Under the pieces are notes generated by a model. The model was given only the letters and a program-made list of their open reading frames with translations. It was not told the origin of the DNA and did no database searches. Shown here piece by piece: positions 14,901 to 28,700 of a stretch of 63,058 nucleotides of DNA (position 1 is the stretch's first letter; the number at the start of each line of letters is the position of its first letter). The position numbers were made by a program, and so were the translations under genes. Source of the DNA: Paraphysomonas bandaiensis (Eukaryota > Protista > Chrysophyceae). The stretch spans positions 1 through 63,058 of the forward strand of contig CBFFRP010000485.1 in the NCBI GenBank assembly GCA_965644295.1. The letters run 5' to 3'.

Positions 14901-15708
14901 GCGCTGCACTCCCCGGAACTTGTCCGGGAGTGCAACCACCGTCACTCTTAGTGGACAAGGAGAGAATTAGTGGGGCATTAAGACGAACTGGATCAACTAA
15001 CAGCATTGGACGCATCGATCCAACTTCCAAAGATTGCTGTTCTATAGCTGATGCAGGTCTGTGAACCTTACGGGGGTTCCTTGTCGCAACCTGCCTTGAA
15101 GAGGATTGAACCCTGAAATGAGGAAGTCTTCCACCGCTAGCCGTGGGTGGGTCTACGATGTGAGGTGTAAGAGGCAAGTCAGCTGCTGAGTCCATCCATG
15201 TGTCGGTGTCATCATGAGCACCAGAATTCTTGCTGTCTTTTTTGGGGGGGGGCATCGAAACAATAGAGGGAGATTCGTAACACAATGAATTCTTCATAGA
15301 AGTAGGAGTCGTGACCCCAGAGTCGTCGAGTGGTTCAAAGAGCAGATCACCAATGGTCATAGTGCTCGATCTCCCAAGGTGTATACCGGAATCAGGTGTT
15401 AAAGATGGATCATCATCTTTGTCGCATCCAGAGCGTTCACGGAAAGGTAGTGGTGAACTCTCTGCATCACTATCTTCATCAGATGAATCATAAAATGTTG
15501 TTTTTCTCTTTCTCTTATGAGGTAGAGGAGGTTCACTGCCACTGTCTCTGATAACTCTTTCAATATTCGACCCCATAACAGGTTCATTATGGCAATACAT
15601 GGCATCATATATGGACTTTACTGGTGGGTTGGAGTCACTCCTCTCCTTGTAGCCACCATCAGCCCCACTGCTGTCCTCCTCATCCGATGAGTTGATAAAC
15701 GCGTACAT
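11926..15708 (-). CDS. ERCC6L2: SNF2-family helicase, ERCC6L2/Rad26L-like, many exons
   Basis: Spliced motifs LKDYQVDGVKW, ILGDDMGLGKT, NWQRELRTWGYF, WDEGH, LSGTLVQN, SGKM, RLDGST, TKAGGLGLNLT, QAQDRAYRFGQ and FEGIQG..GELFGIENL. The orthology call is from recalled motifs, not a search. Confidence 0.85.
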
Positions 15709-16278
15709 CACCAGCTGTACTCTACCACATAATGATGATGTAGCCTATATAGCCCCAAGTCCGCATAACGTCGTGGGAGTGTAATCGTTCTTGTTGCAGA
15801 TAGTTCTCCTGTGACTGTCTGTCGTCGCGGTTCGGTTCCTGTGATTTCTTTTCGCCGACCACATCGTGGGTGCTGTACTTTTATTATGGGTTTTCGCTGG
15901 CCACTCGCGAAATAACGCGATTTCGTTGGGTCCGCGAAGGGAAATCGCGATATTGTAGATTTATAGCGAAAAAGCGCAATTTCTATGGAATAAACACCGA
16001 TTTCACAATGACTAACTATAACCAATCATATCAACGAAACGTATTATGATTAGTTATTGTTGTGCGGATTCTTCACATCTTCATCCATTTGTGATGTCGC
16101 ATACCACGCACACTCTCCACAGCATATATATGCCTATATATGTGATGAAACGCATCGTAACTGCACTCTAATTACTACAATTCGTGTTCGCTAAGGCTGC
16201 GTTGTTCAGACCGTGAATGAATAAATAGGTGGAGAGGGCCTGGCCTAACTGGTGTTCATCTGCGCTGTTGTCCGGCGC

Positions 16279-17673
16279 ATGTCTTCTCTGCTGCACCTCA
16301 GTGTCGCTCATGTGTTACTGCTGTTGCAGTTACTGTCGCTCTCCACCGCATTCTTGAACAAACCCTATAAAATAAACAAGCTTCTGTACGATGATGAGAG
16401 CATTGTGCTCTTTGACAGCGAAGAGAAGGTGCAGGCGATCTCTGCTGATCCCCGATTTAACGACTTTATGTTCTTGATTTGGGTTATACGTGATTATGGT
16501 CGACCTGATAATATATTCATGACGACGTTTGAGAGACTTCTTGAGTTTACTCGTGGCTCAAACTGTATTCATGCTGTTATCGAGATTTCCAATAATGACT
16601 ACAGCTCGATTTTAGAGAGCGTGGTGCGGAAGATTCCGGACAATTCAGTTTTTACATTAAACGGAAACGCGATGCAGTATGACATATGTAATCTTGCTCA
16701 CATGCGAAAAATGCATGGCTTCAAACCGCCAGTAGTGTTCCACTTAAACCAGGGCATTGGCTCCTACTCACCACCAGTGGTGTCGGGTATGCATCCCAAC
16801 GGTACCCATTGCTATAACAGCGAATTCCGCGAGGTGTACAGTCAGTACACTTACGTATTCCGCAGTTTCTACTACGCCGAATGGTATGGACTCTCTCACT
16901 ACGTACCAATCGGTCCGGCATTCGCCCGGCATACCAGGTATCATGTGCAGAGAGAAGGTATCCTGTCAGCAGATGAACGCGATTACTGGTGCCTGTTTTC
17001 GGGCCGCACGAAGTACATATATGAGACCCGGCACCAAGTTCAGCGTCTAGATATGATCGAGGCGATGGAACAGCAGCAGTATTCGTTAGAAGGAAATAGT
17101 AACAGAACATGTCGTACTTCAACGGGGGAGCAGAATGAGTTTACACATACTATGGACCATGAAGAGTATATACGAACGATGGGGCGAACAGTTTTCGCCC
17201 CGTGCCCCGCTGGAAATAACCCCGAGACATTTAGACACTATGAGGTGTAATAAGTCTGTGTGTTAGTTGGTACAAAGTTGATTATTCGTCGAATACATAG
17301 GCAATGGCCTTGGGCGCGGTTCCACTGATAGTCAGAGTACCATTCCCCGAGGAAGATTTTATGCAAGGTATATTTGGGAGTTCCGTCTCTTTACTGTGCA
17401 TTTATTTTGTTCGCTTAATATGTACAGCTTGGATTGGATATCCTGGGCCCGTGTTTGAATCTTGGAAAGAAGCTCTACTCTTTGTGTCCAGTGTTTCGAT
17501 CAGGTATGTCTTGAATATTTCTGTCCTTTATACTTATTGTAGTTCTCCACAGTGAAGTAAAGGAGATCCAACGGGATGTGATATCATGGTATTATATGTA
17601 TATGGCTGCGCATAGGGAGAACATCACCAACACACTACTATCTCTGGTGGGGAGAGTTGTAGTGACAGACTGA
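16279..17673 (+). CDS. Secreted/Golgi glycosyltransferase with an exostosin (GT47)/RXYLT1-like C-terminal domain
   Basis: Signal peptide; WCLFSG; spliced FAPCPAGNNPETFRHYE|AMALGAVP; last exon ends TGA at 17673. Confidence 0.75.
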
Positions 17674-18870
17674 TCGCACTGTATGTGTAAATGCGTACAG
17701 CAGACGTATATGATATATGTGTTCAAACACATGTACTTAAAGCCGATATGGACGTGAATGAGAGAAGACCGAATTAACTGTTGATGACAACAAGAGGAAG
17801 TGAATCGTCAAGCTATTAAGTGAGAAACTGTCTTGAGAGCAAGAGAACGTAAAGCTGTATGTGATTCACAACTTCCTCAGCGCTATATTGCGTGATTTGA
17901 AACAGTCGTGGCGTCAAAAATCTTAACTCTACTATGAGTTTATATCTGGCGAATGTTTTGTTGTTGATAAATCAGTCACCGCTTATCCTGTCGACATTTC
18001 CTACTGTCATGGGATTTCGTTTGGAGTCATAGAGTCCTGGTATTTGTGACTTGGCGATAGTTCTATTCATCCCGATACCATTTCTATGATTATTACAATA
18101 AAACAACATATTGATATAGGCCTAGTAGGATGTTATAGTCCGCACCATAACAATAACACTTTACTACATCTCCGCATTCCATTACTGCATCTCTGTTTAT
18201 TATGAGGAGGGGTACGAAATATATTGCAATATCAGTATTGGTTTACTCATACTAGAGTGCAATAAATGACAGCATATCAAATATAATATTTATTACTAAG
18301 CGTGAATTTTTTCAATCAGTAGTAGAAAGAACAAGGATGCAGTATTAGCCTAACTATTAGTCTATATTCCTATATTCCAAATTATTAATTGATGAAATCA
18401 TAATTTGAGCAGAGCAACATCAGAAGCAAGCTTTTATTACACCAAGCTCATTTTCAAATGAACATCTTTGTTAGATAATTATCAGAATTTTTTTATATTC
18501 AAGTAAAGCTTCTTATATGCTCATTAGTTATTATATGGTACATATTGACTATTGGTCATCTTCACAATTAAGATCGTTAAAAGAAGTTATTGTAATCAAA
18601 CTAGATAGGCTCTTTTTTATTGCATACACTATTGCGTGCGTTGTCATGTAAAACATGTATGTCAACAACATGAAAATTTATATCGTTCATATCAACCATT
18701 TGCTCAACTTCCGTATCTTGAATCGTCATGATACAATACTTCATTTTCACAATTATAGCTATATATAATAGTATCTTTGACTAATACAGTACTATCTTAG
18801 AGAACCATACGTATTCCAACAGTACAAACATGCTCGAATAAAGTTATCGAAGCCTCTACAGACACAAATC

Positions 18871-19251
18871 CCCCCTCAGCAAAGTAGGACCCGCCCCTTC
18901 TCGTGGTGTTCTGGGGGATAAGTATCGGGAAACTATTCGATAAGATATCTTCGGGAAACTAACGTGAGCCGCAAACACACCACACTAGATAACGTTCTGC
19001 CCACTCATAGTCAAATATTTGTGTGATACAAGGGAGACTAATACATTGAATGATGTCTTACTATTTCAACAGGAGTTTAGAGAGCGAAAGGGGTTGCACG
19101 TTGGTGCTTGCGGTGACACACAAGCAGCTTTCGTAGCGCTAAATAGTAGGATATATATTATCGAGATAAGAACTAGTTGGTTAAATTGTTTTGCTACATT
19201 AGTTCTGACTCTTAGACGCCTATTGCTAATAATAAGACATTCACTGCTATT
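18871..19251 (+). mobile_element. Internally deleted (381 bp) copy of the unclassified element family with a 10-bp TSD
   Basis: GACACAAATC at 18861-18870 and 19252-19261; keeps the family 5' motif (CCCTCAGCAAAGTAGGAC...) and the 3' motif (...TATTGCTAATAATAAGACATTCA). Confidence 0.8.
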
Positions 19252-20045
19252 GACACAAATCAAGTGTGTATGCATGGGTTTATCTCTTTGTATTAAGAAA
19301 AAAATCTTCAATATGGTAGTGTCGGTTTTCTGATGTCCTAAGATTGTGGGATTCGGTGGCTATGGGATGAAGGAGACCGTGGAACTGCACTGGACTTGTG
19401 GCCACACGAGAACCTATTCCCATTATTTAATTATAGCAAAAAAGCGGATATAATATGATGTATGGAATACACAATGCCTGCATTCATACATATAACGGGA
19501 ATGAGTATTACACTCCCATGCTACTAATCGAATAGTTTGTTTAATGACTAACACCAAACCTAGCCATTCTAGCCATATTGTAAACTGAATTTTTTTTATG
19601 ACTAGGAATATCCTCCATTATGACTATAGGTCTAAAATATAGTTCCCGTATTAGTCATTCTCCAACAATTCACGCGTGTTACACAGAATTTACAAAATTA
19701 CAATTACACAACAGTAAAATTCAGATTTTGAAGCAAGCAGCGTGAAATAGCGTCAACTTTTTTTATTTCTTTACACTCACAGAATCTGCTGGCTTTAATA
19801 TTGTAATTATTGAAGAATTTATTTTGACACATTTCGGATCGTATGCCAGTATCGGATATCGAAAGCCACCTGATAGGTACTGTTCAAAACAATAATAATT
19901 CTGTCGTATGCCCCAACGCATGCTTCTAAGTCCAACCTAGCTGTTTTCATGTTCTCTCATTTTTGCAAAAGCCCAACATGTGCTATACTTCTTATTAATT
20001 TGATATAACATACATCATCATGTATGTATGTATGTCGAAGATAGA

Positions 20046-20522
20046 ATATTGAAAGTCTTTTTATTTAGCAATAGAGGCGTTAAAAACTCGTGCCAATATA
20101 GTGGCTAGTTGAATGCTAGACATACTAGTTAGACCTCTACCCATAACTAATCAGCACAAATTCTATTATCCTACTATTTAGCGCTACAGAAGCTGCTTGT
20201 GCGTCGCCGCAAGCACCAAGGTGCGACCACTTTCGTTCTTGATGTTGTTTGTGATTTTCGCCCTGCTCGTGAGTCTTAGTACTCACTGGCGCGTGTTGTC
20301 CGGAGGTCTCCCCTTGGGATAAGGTTCCACCACTGCAGGCTCTGATGCACAGGGTTATGCATTAAGGTCCTAAGTGTTCCGAGCACTAGATGTGCGTGTT
20401 GTGGTGGTTTGTGGCTTAGTCGCCGTGCACCGTTTGAGCGTCGCGCATAGGTGTAGTTGCCGGAGACGGCGTCGCTGTCTAGGGCCTGATGATGTCATGC
20501 GGTCCGGTGCTGTGGTCCTAAG
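20046..20522 (-). mobile_element. 5'-truncated relative of the same family with a 13-bp TSD
   Basis: TGTCGAAGATAGA at 20033-20045 and 20523-20535; 20170-20240 is the reverse complement of 19080-19150; the minus-strand 3' end reads AAGACTTTCAATAT. Confidence 0.78.
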
Positions 20523-21198
20523 TGTCGAAGATAGATGTATATCAGTTCTGGATGATCTACGCGCGTTCAGCTACAGATATAGTTTGCTGCAAAGTTTCAA
20601 TATTCTTGTTGTTGGGCCATGCTTCTTAGATTCCAGTTTTCGTAGCTAGCCCTGCAATTTACTGGCTAGATGTTATGCTGATTTAAATATTTAGCAGTCT
20701 ACTCTAGACTGTACTTGGTAATGTGGTAATGCATCAATAATATTCACCAGCTATAAATTATTGCAATAACAATACTTTAAAAAATAGTAGACAAATGTAA
20801 TCTAAGCTGGATTATTTTTTTAGAATGGAGGGTTAAAGTCCGAGTCTTAAAATTCTGCAAATTCCAATGTAAAATTGTAGCGCATCCCCATGATGTACAT
20901 ATGCCCACAAGTTCATTAAAATTAATTAAAATTGCTGAGTTGTTTAGTCGTATTGCCAATATATTATTAGCATTGCAATGGTAAATGAAAACCATTGGAG
21001 TCATAAAATACTGAGAACATACTCCAAATGGAACTAGGAAAAAACACATAAAGGAACATCAAGTTTCAAGAAATGGCTAGGTTCTTTCATTTCAACACAG
21101 TAACGATTACAGTAAAATACCGACGAATAAACCGCAGAAACACACAACAGAGGTGAAAAACACCCCACAAAGTCATCCAAATGTAAGGTAGAAACAGC

Positions 21199-22444
21199 TT
21201 ATAGTAGCGCTTGCTGTATGTATGCGCACTTAAATGGTCGTCTTCCACCATCTTTAGGTCGATTGAAAGTTACCGCAGTATCGCCATTCACCCACAAAAC
21301 ATCATCATCGTCAGTTAACTCTACACTTGGACGAGACAAGGCAACAACAGGAGAGGCAGGTAGTTGTTTGATACACTCCTGAGTCGGCAAAATAGGTGTG
21401 GCGGGCGCAATCAAGATTGGGGCAGCTGACTGAGGTCTAGGTGTCGTATCTGGTAGACTACATTCCTGTACAGTATGCTTGCATCGTGTTGCCTTTTCCT
21501 TCCGAGACTTTCGCACCTGTACCTTGCGACTGCGTTCAGCCTCTTCTGCTTCCTCCCGTGCACGAACAATCTTCTCATATTCTGCATGTCTCTGTCGACG
21601 CTCCTGTAGGTCTTGCTCTTGTTCACGTCTCAACCTTTCTCGTTCAAAATATTCCTTCACACATTCGGGGGCAGCACGCGGAGGTCTCGCCTACGTTAAT
21701 ATATAAGTCAATATATGGATTACACAAACTTACAAGTCGCACCGCAGGCGTTTTCAACTTGTGCTTTGGCATCTGTTCAGCTTTAAGACAGCTAATGTAC
21801 CGCTCGTACTGTTGCAAGTAAGGGGCATTTTGATTATACTTTTGTCTTGGGGGGCGGTACTGTATGGATACAGGAGGCTGGTATACATGCTGTTTCTGTT
21901 TCGTGTTGTGCTTTCCAACTGAAGCAATTCGCTGTCGTTGTGGCGTAGATGATTTTATTGGACTCTGGGGTAAAGTAGACAGTACAACTTCGGGAATTTC
22001 AGCCGGGGCAGTCATCCACCCACCAGTTCTATCTCCAGAATTTATGGTCCTTTTACTCTCACTGGAAGACAGAGGCCCAGTGACACCACGAATCTTATAT
22101 TCTCGTGCCCCACTGGCGTGAATATTGTATCGTATAGTGCGTTCGAGGTTATCAATCACCTCAGGAGAAAAATCGGATTGCTTGGACATGAAATCATCAA
22201 CATGAAGTACAATCCATTTTTCATTCCCTCTACATATAATAGTCAGTAAAACTCGTTTCCTCTCTCGGGAATATGATGCGACCTGGCTAACGCCCCTAAT
22301 TTAGTGGTTAACTTTTGAATCAAAATCCTCCGCAGGTGGACATTCCTTGTCTACGTATACACGCTTACAACTAACACACTCAGACTCTCGAGATGATGTT
22401 ACCGTCATTTCATCTGGTGAGGCATCATATCTATTAGAAGACAT
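21199..22444 (-). CDS. Hypothetical low-complexity/coiled-coil protein (spliced)
   Basis: ORFs 21644-22189 and 21199-21660 are joined in frame by a GT-AG intron (...AVRL|ARPPRAAPECVKEYF...); 5' exons are uncertain. Confidence 0.55.
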
Positions 22445-22878
22445 AGTGCGCTCCTGAGTATTATTAATTCTAAATGGCTCGTTCAGTAGATAATATCCCC
22501 TATGTACCCTCTTGCATTGTGTTCAGTCGTCACTTTAATAAAATACAAAAGAAGTTAGAGCTAATTGTTATCCTTCTCGTCATTCTGTAGCGTCAAGCAA
22601 GATGATCGAGATCGAATCATCTGGAGTCTGGAGTACAGCTTACAGTTACATTGCTATACTCTCTGTACTCCGTACTGCAGCATATACGGTATGTAGACAT
22701 ATATCCCGTATATGGGACATACTTTTCTCCACGCCACAAACTGAAAAGTCGTTTCAAGATTCGCATCACATTTGTGGAGTTGAAAAAAAGGTCACTCACA
22801 GTAAGAGAAACTAATAGTTAAGAGAACCATTGCTGAGCATTGTCTCCTATTTGTCAATAGTCAGGTCACGGATTAATC

Positions 22879-23399
22879 ATGGTAAGCCCGATGTAGCGCC
22901 GTCGTCATTTCTTTTTATGTTTTTATTTTAACAGAGTCTCCAAATGACTTCTGAGTTTCAGCACATCTTGCGTGTGCTGAACACAAACATTGACGGAAAG
23001 CGCAAGGTCATGTTCGCCATCACCAAAATCACCGGTATTGGCAAGCGCTTCGCTAACCTTATTTGCAAGAAGGCTGAGATCGATATCACTCGTCGTGCTG
23101 GCTCTCTTACCAACGAAGAGATTGAGAAGCTTGTTGCTATTATTTCGAACCCCAAGCAGTTCAAGGTCCCTTCCTGGTTCGTCAACAGACAGAAGGATAG
23201 AGTTACCGGAAAGACCACTCAAGTTGTTGTGAACGGTCTTATTGGTAAAGTTCGTGAGGATCTTGAGCGTTTGAAGAAGGTGAGAGCTCACCGTGGTATT
23301 CGCCACTACTGGGGTGTCAGAGTCCGTGGTCAGCACACCAAGACTACCGGTCGTAAAGGTAGAACTGTTGGTATGCCTGGTGGTGCCAACCCCAAATAA
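22879..23399 (+). CDS. RPS18: 40S ribosomal protein S18 (uS13)
   Basis: ATG, then intron 22882-22934, then [21 protein letters not shown]...[21 protein letters not shown]. Confidence 0.98.
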
Positions 23400-24559
23400 A
23401 CATGTGTGACTTATTGACAAATGTGGGATCAGCAGTAAATAAGATATATTCGCCAACCTGCGTATGCTTTTGTACTTCTGTATTATGGTGAAAAGCTGTC
23501 CTAATTAGTTATATGTTACATACATATGTATCCTCTATACAAAGTAGATAATAGTACGACGTTGTTGAGGACACAAAGCAGAAGTAAACAGGCTAGGGAA
23601 AAGTGCATTGCGATAGATGATAGTATTGTAAGCTAGCTTACCGTCAAAAATATAGCCATACTCTCTCTTCTAACTTTTTCAACAATATAATTGCCATACA
23701 TGAGTATCATTAAAGTACTCACTGCTTAGCTACTCACAATTTTACTCATCCTCTGAGTATCACCACTTAATAAAGATATACATGCAGGTGGTCACAAGCA
23801 GCATCCTATTAAGTATTAAATGTATGAGGAGTTATAAAAATTAAAAATACTATATTCTACTATATACTGTGTCACACAAAGAACGGATTAACATTTATTG
23901 TAAATGGGTGTGAATATTATATACAAGTAGCAGTCACTACACTTTATTTACGTCCCAAGGATATGTTTTCAGACCATCCTCCATATTTTCAGCAAGTTTC
24001 ATGCAATTTTCCAGGCTTTGCTATTACCCCAAAATTTTATAAACTAATGCAGCACTGTCAGACAAGGCGAGGCTAATAATACAACTGCCCCATATTGACA
24101 GCGTAGCTAATTACTGCGTGCGGCCCTCTAGTGGGTGCTGCTGAGTGCTGCGATTGCTCGCCTCTACCTATGTACACATTGCTTAGTTCAGCAGTTCCCC
24201 ACTCCGGGTTCTCATTGCATATTCAGCACTGAATACCATGTGATAATGATGTAGCTAGTTGGGTTCAGTAGGTAGCTATCACATGATGTATGGGACTTAA
24301 ATCATGTATTAGTTAGGTACCCACCCGACCCCCACCTGGATCTACCTAAGTACGCGCTCAGAATGGGGCAACAACTGTGTGTGCTACGACGCCCATGTTG
24401 GGGTGAAGAAGAATTTCCTTCCGGATAAGATATATGAACGGTCCATCATTACAAGGACATATTTCCAATAAAAATTTCCAAAGATAGTCAGCAAAGCTTG
24501 AACCTGTTGAATCGTCAGAAGAAGGGATGCCGAAGAAGATGAATTCTCTAATATTTTCA

Positions 24560-25030
24560 ATTGAAGAAAGAGAAGGAAGCATATTTCTGATATAGTCGGT
24601 CCAGGCCTACAATAGGCATCATCTATAGAATATTTGAAATATACCTGGACCGCTGCATTATCTTTGCCGGCTCTGAAGATGAGCTGAATGCAAATCTCCC
24701 TGTTGTGCTGGAGCGGTTTTTGAAATTTCGGTTAACAGTGAACCCAAAGAAGTGTGTCTGCGGAGTTCGAGAAGCGGAGGAAGCGAGTCGTGCGATCAAT
24801 GAACACGATACTCGTTCACACGACCGAATGGAATAGTATCTTCACATTCCACGGCCCGGGACTCAGAAACAATAGAGAGTTTCATCAGAGTGACAAACTT
24901 TCTGTGGGAATATACCGCTATTGCAAAGCCGTTGTATGCTTTGTTGGAAAAATAGGATTTGTTTCAAGAAAGGCGCAATGGTCGGACGAGAAACAATTCA
25001 AAGGAGAATTTTGTGAGTTTTCATGAATGC
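24560..25030 (+). mobile_element. Degenerate Ty3/gypsy reverse transcriptase relic
   Basis: Plus frame reads IFEIYLDRCIIFAGSEDELNANLPVVLERFLKFRLTVNPKKC (YxDD mutated to YLDR); surrounding frames are broken. Confidence 0.7.
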
Positions 25031-25771
25031 CCTTCACATACAGTGTACATGGTACATGCGCAGTATGTATATACGATGAATAGACAAATTATATTCCTCT
25101 AAAATACTGCTGTTTGATGATGAACAAAACCCACTTCCCAAAGCGGCAGATCAAACTATGTACTGTAACTGGAGACTCTCCAGTTCATTTGTGTTTTCAC
25201 GAGAAATGTGATCTCCATGGACTCACTTCTATTCTTCGTTCCTCAACACATATCGGCATCCTTTGTATATTTTTGTTCCAAGATGCCTCTAATATTGAGA
25301 CAACAATTATCTATATTCCAGCCGTAGTTATACTGTAGTTGTGTAGAGTAATTTTGATTCAATTTGTTTCCGAAAAATATGATGCATACGCAAAAAGTAC
25401 GTCCAACGATCGTAGCTACGACTGCTGCTCCAAAAAAGTGGTGGGCTTACAAAAAAAGCCTCAGTTTCTTTTTGTAGATTAGATTCGACGTAAAAAAAGA
25501 ACTCCACTGCTAGTGACTTGGCGAGAATGTTTTATAACGGGACGGGACGGACGAAGAGCACTTCCTGCTGTTTATAGTATGTACAGTGTATGTGATGTGA
25601 TGTGATGTATATCTCTGTACATCTACTTTAAACTATAGTAAATAACATTCGACATGTACTTCAATTGGATCTTATAGAGTACCTAGGCCAGAGACAATTA
25701 TGGCCCACTTTTGATGGTGTCACTGCACGCAACGACTTGGATACAATAGATGGCGTAAATAGTTCAAAGAG

Positions 25772-28700
25772 ATGGATACAAACGATGTTATTTCACGCTT
25801 AACGAGTATTCAAAACAAGCTCTACGGTGATAAGAAACTCGACGATATCTTCGATATCAGTTTTGTATATTCTCAGTTGGAGCGGTTTTGTAATGATGTT
25901 GACACCGCTGTTCTTGTTCAAGGGCTGAATATATTCCATGACAGCGTTATTCTCATGAAAGATTGCAAGAGTGAAGTATTTGATTCTCAGATGGCTCTCA
26001 TTATTCGGTCGGTTGTAAGGTGCTTAGATGTCACTAGAGATGAAGTATCTAGTATGGCGGAGGCGCTGCTCTTAGACATTAGTGACAACGCTAACTTTGC
26101 ACCGCTTTTGAAGAACGAGATCAGAAGATCTAGATCGAATGAAACTCATACACTGACAACACTGGCGTCATATGATAGAATAATGTACAACATTGACCCC
26201 TCCCTAGAAACCCCAAGGAGTACTCTGGGGGAAAACTTCAATAGCAACTTGAGCCGAATCAATTTAGCTTCGGATTGTCAATCTTTGGAGGCTGGAGGGG
26301 CTGTTGGATCCGGCCTGTTGGACATTAGTTTTCTTCCCCAATCGACAACAGAGCAGTGGCTACTCGCTAGAAGTCCTGAAGAGGTGATGACTCTTTAAAG
26401 TGTTTACAGTGATAGTTCTGTTTGTTGTAATGTGATGGATATAGGTGTCAACGATCCTTGACGAAGTGTGCCAATTGTACTTATCCTTGCAGCCTGCAAG
26501 ACGTACCCGTTGTGCTAGCGACGTACCTAAACTCCTGAAACAGACGATATACAGTATGAAACTCGACCAATTAGCTGTGACAATGAACGGCTTGCGGCTA
26601 TTAGAAACCCTTGTAGAGGAGCACGCAAATGAATTTATTCCAGATTTAGGTGCCATCTTTCCACGCATTCAGGTGAGACGGTTCGGCAGTCTGATATACC
26701 TTAAATTATGTGTGATACACTTTGTTAGAACACGACTGTGTATGAAATGCGATTTGTAGTTTGGTAGTGTGTATGTGACGCTTGTATTCAGAGATATATG
26801 GATGACCCAAGAGTGGCTGTTCGTCATCATGCCCTTCGACTTGGTGGTGCCCTTGTCGTACGTGTTCCATTTTCTACAACAGGCCGATTTGTGTTCGCTT
26901 CAATAGAGTACAAACCATCCCATCCAGAAATTTCTCTTCGTTGTGCATCTCTGGCTCTTTTATGCGTGCAGCCTTCTCTCTCTACCGTTAACCCTCTAAT
27001 ATCGCGGATCGTCCTTATCGCTGGGGAGTACTTAGGTGCACCCAGCGTAGTGGCATCTGACGCGAAGCCCACTATGCCTAGCACCTCTGTTCAGGAAGCC
27101 GCAAAAGACTTGGTGGCTATTGCTCTTATGATTTTATGCTTTTCAGGAAGCCAAGAGGCCGGGGATGGATCTGGAATCGAAGAACTCTTGCCGAGAAAGT
27201 TATGCAGCATTGTAGGCATTCCCCCAACCTATTCTGTTAGCGAACAGATATGTCAGCGTGCATTACAATCTAGTTTCCCTTCACTAGAGAGTGACTCTAA
27301 TACAGCTTCGCTGGCTGCACTGGCAATGGAGAGTTCTTTGAAGGAGGATACTTGTCCATCCTCCCGTCGTGGTAGTATAGCGATAAATTCAACACTTTCA
27401 GAGGACCGAGGCAGAAGTGTTGTAGGAAAATTGTCCTCTGCGTCGGATCGTGATGATGGGACAGAGCGCCATCATGAATCGGACTCAATTATGCCCTCTC
27501 TGTCACAAGATAGATCTGAATTTCACCACGATAAGAGGCGTGGTGAGGTGCCGTCGGGGATGTCGATACAGATACCCTCTTCTCCTGTTGTCCATCCGCG
27601 CCTTCCAACCACTAGTGAGAACGATGCTACCACGGAAGATTATGGAGTGCCTTTTGACAGCTATAGACCGTCGTGGACTCCTAGTGATTCTGAAGCAGGT
27701 GGATTTTCCTCTCTGGCTTCTCCTTGGGGATGTACTAGGAATCGTGTCGAAAATGATGAGAACAATGAGCTGGATAAGAGCAAGCTGCGTTCTATTAAGA
27801 GAGGGGGGCGAAAACCTGGTTCCAGATTGCGTGCACGCACAGCAGACGAAACATCACAGTCGGACGAGTGGGGTGCTGGAACTCTTCAGAATGTCCCAGC
27901 TACTGCTTTTGGTCGTATAGGTGGAAACTCTGAGGGCGATATGCCGTCGGAGGAATTGAAGACTCCAGTCCGCGCTTCGAATCCTGATCCGACCGTGGGA
28001 TCTAAAACTCCGATTGAGATTGGCCTATATACAAATGATGGGAAGAGAGAGCACAGACTTGAAGGAAGGACCCGTGCTCTGTTGCCGCCGAGGTCTATGG
28101 CCACACATGCTAATCGTAAGTCAAAACACACTCTGGATAGTAATAACCCTGGACCTGATTCTTATATGTCCTTACGAGTGGGTGGTAATGACAGTGATAG
28201 TGATACAATGTTAAGCGCAGACGAGGGTGATCGGGATCTGCGAAGGAGGCAGTCTATCGTTCCCCCCAGTCTCTCTCACACTAAATTGGGGATTGGCATG
28301 GACAAAGAAGAAATGAAAGATGAGATGGTTGTTGGGAAGGCCTATAATCTAGATCAAAACGACTTGGATAATTCTGAGATGGAATTTGGTACATCGGACA
28401 CGAAGGTGCATAATGCGAGGTCACAATTGCCAAAGCGAAAGAGTAAAATGCCCCACAGTGGATCAAGTATAAACCGTGGGAATGGCTTTGAAATTTGTGG
28501 TTCCTCTGTATTCAACACTAGTGCAGATACTACTGAAGGAGAGAGCACTCCTCCGATAGCCCCAGTACCTCCTCGTCGTACTCGTCCCCCAGTCCGAAAG
28601 GAGGTCAACATAAACTGTGATGAAGAATCGATTTCTTCTCAGAAAAATTCTGTTGATAATACAACGAAGTCTGAAGATACAGGGATAGTAGCAACGCAGG

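Noticed and set aside
22923-23456. 177-aa antisense ORF over RPS18 (and similar shadow ORFs elsewhere)
   Set aside because: Antisense shadow of a codon-biased gene
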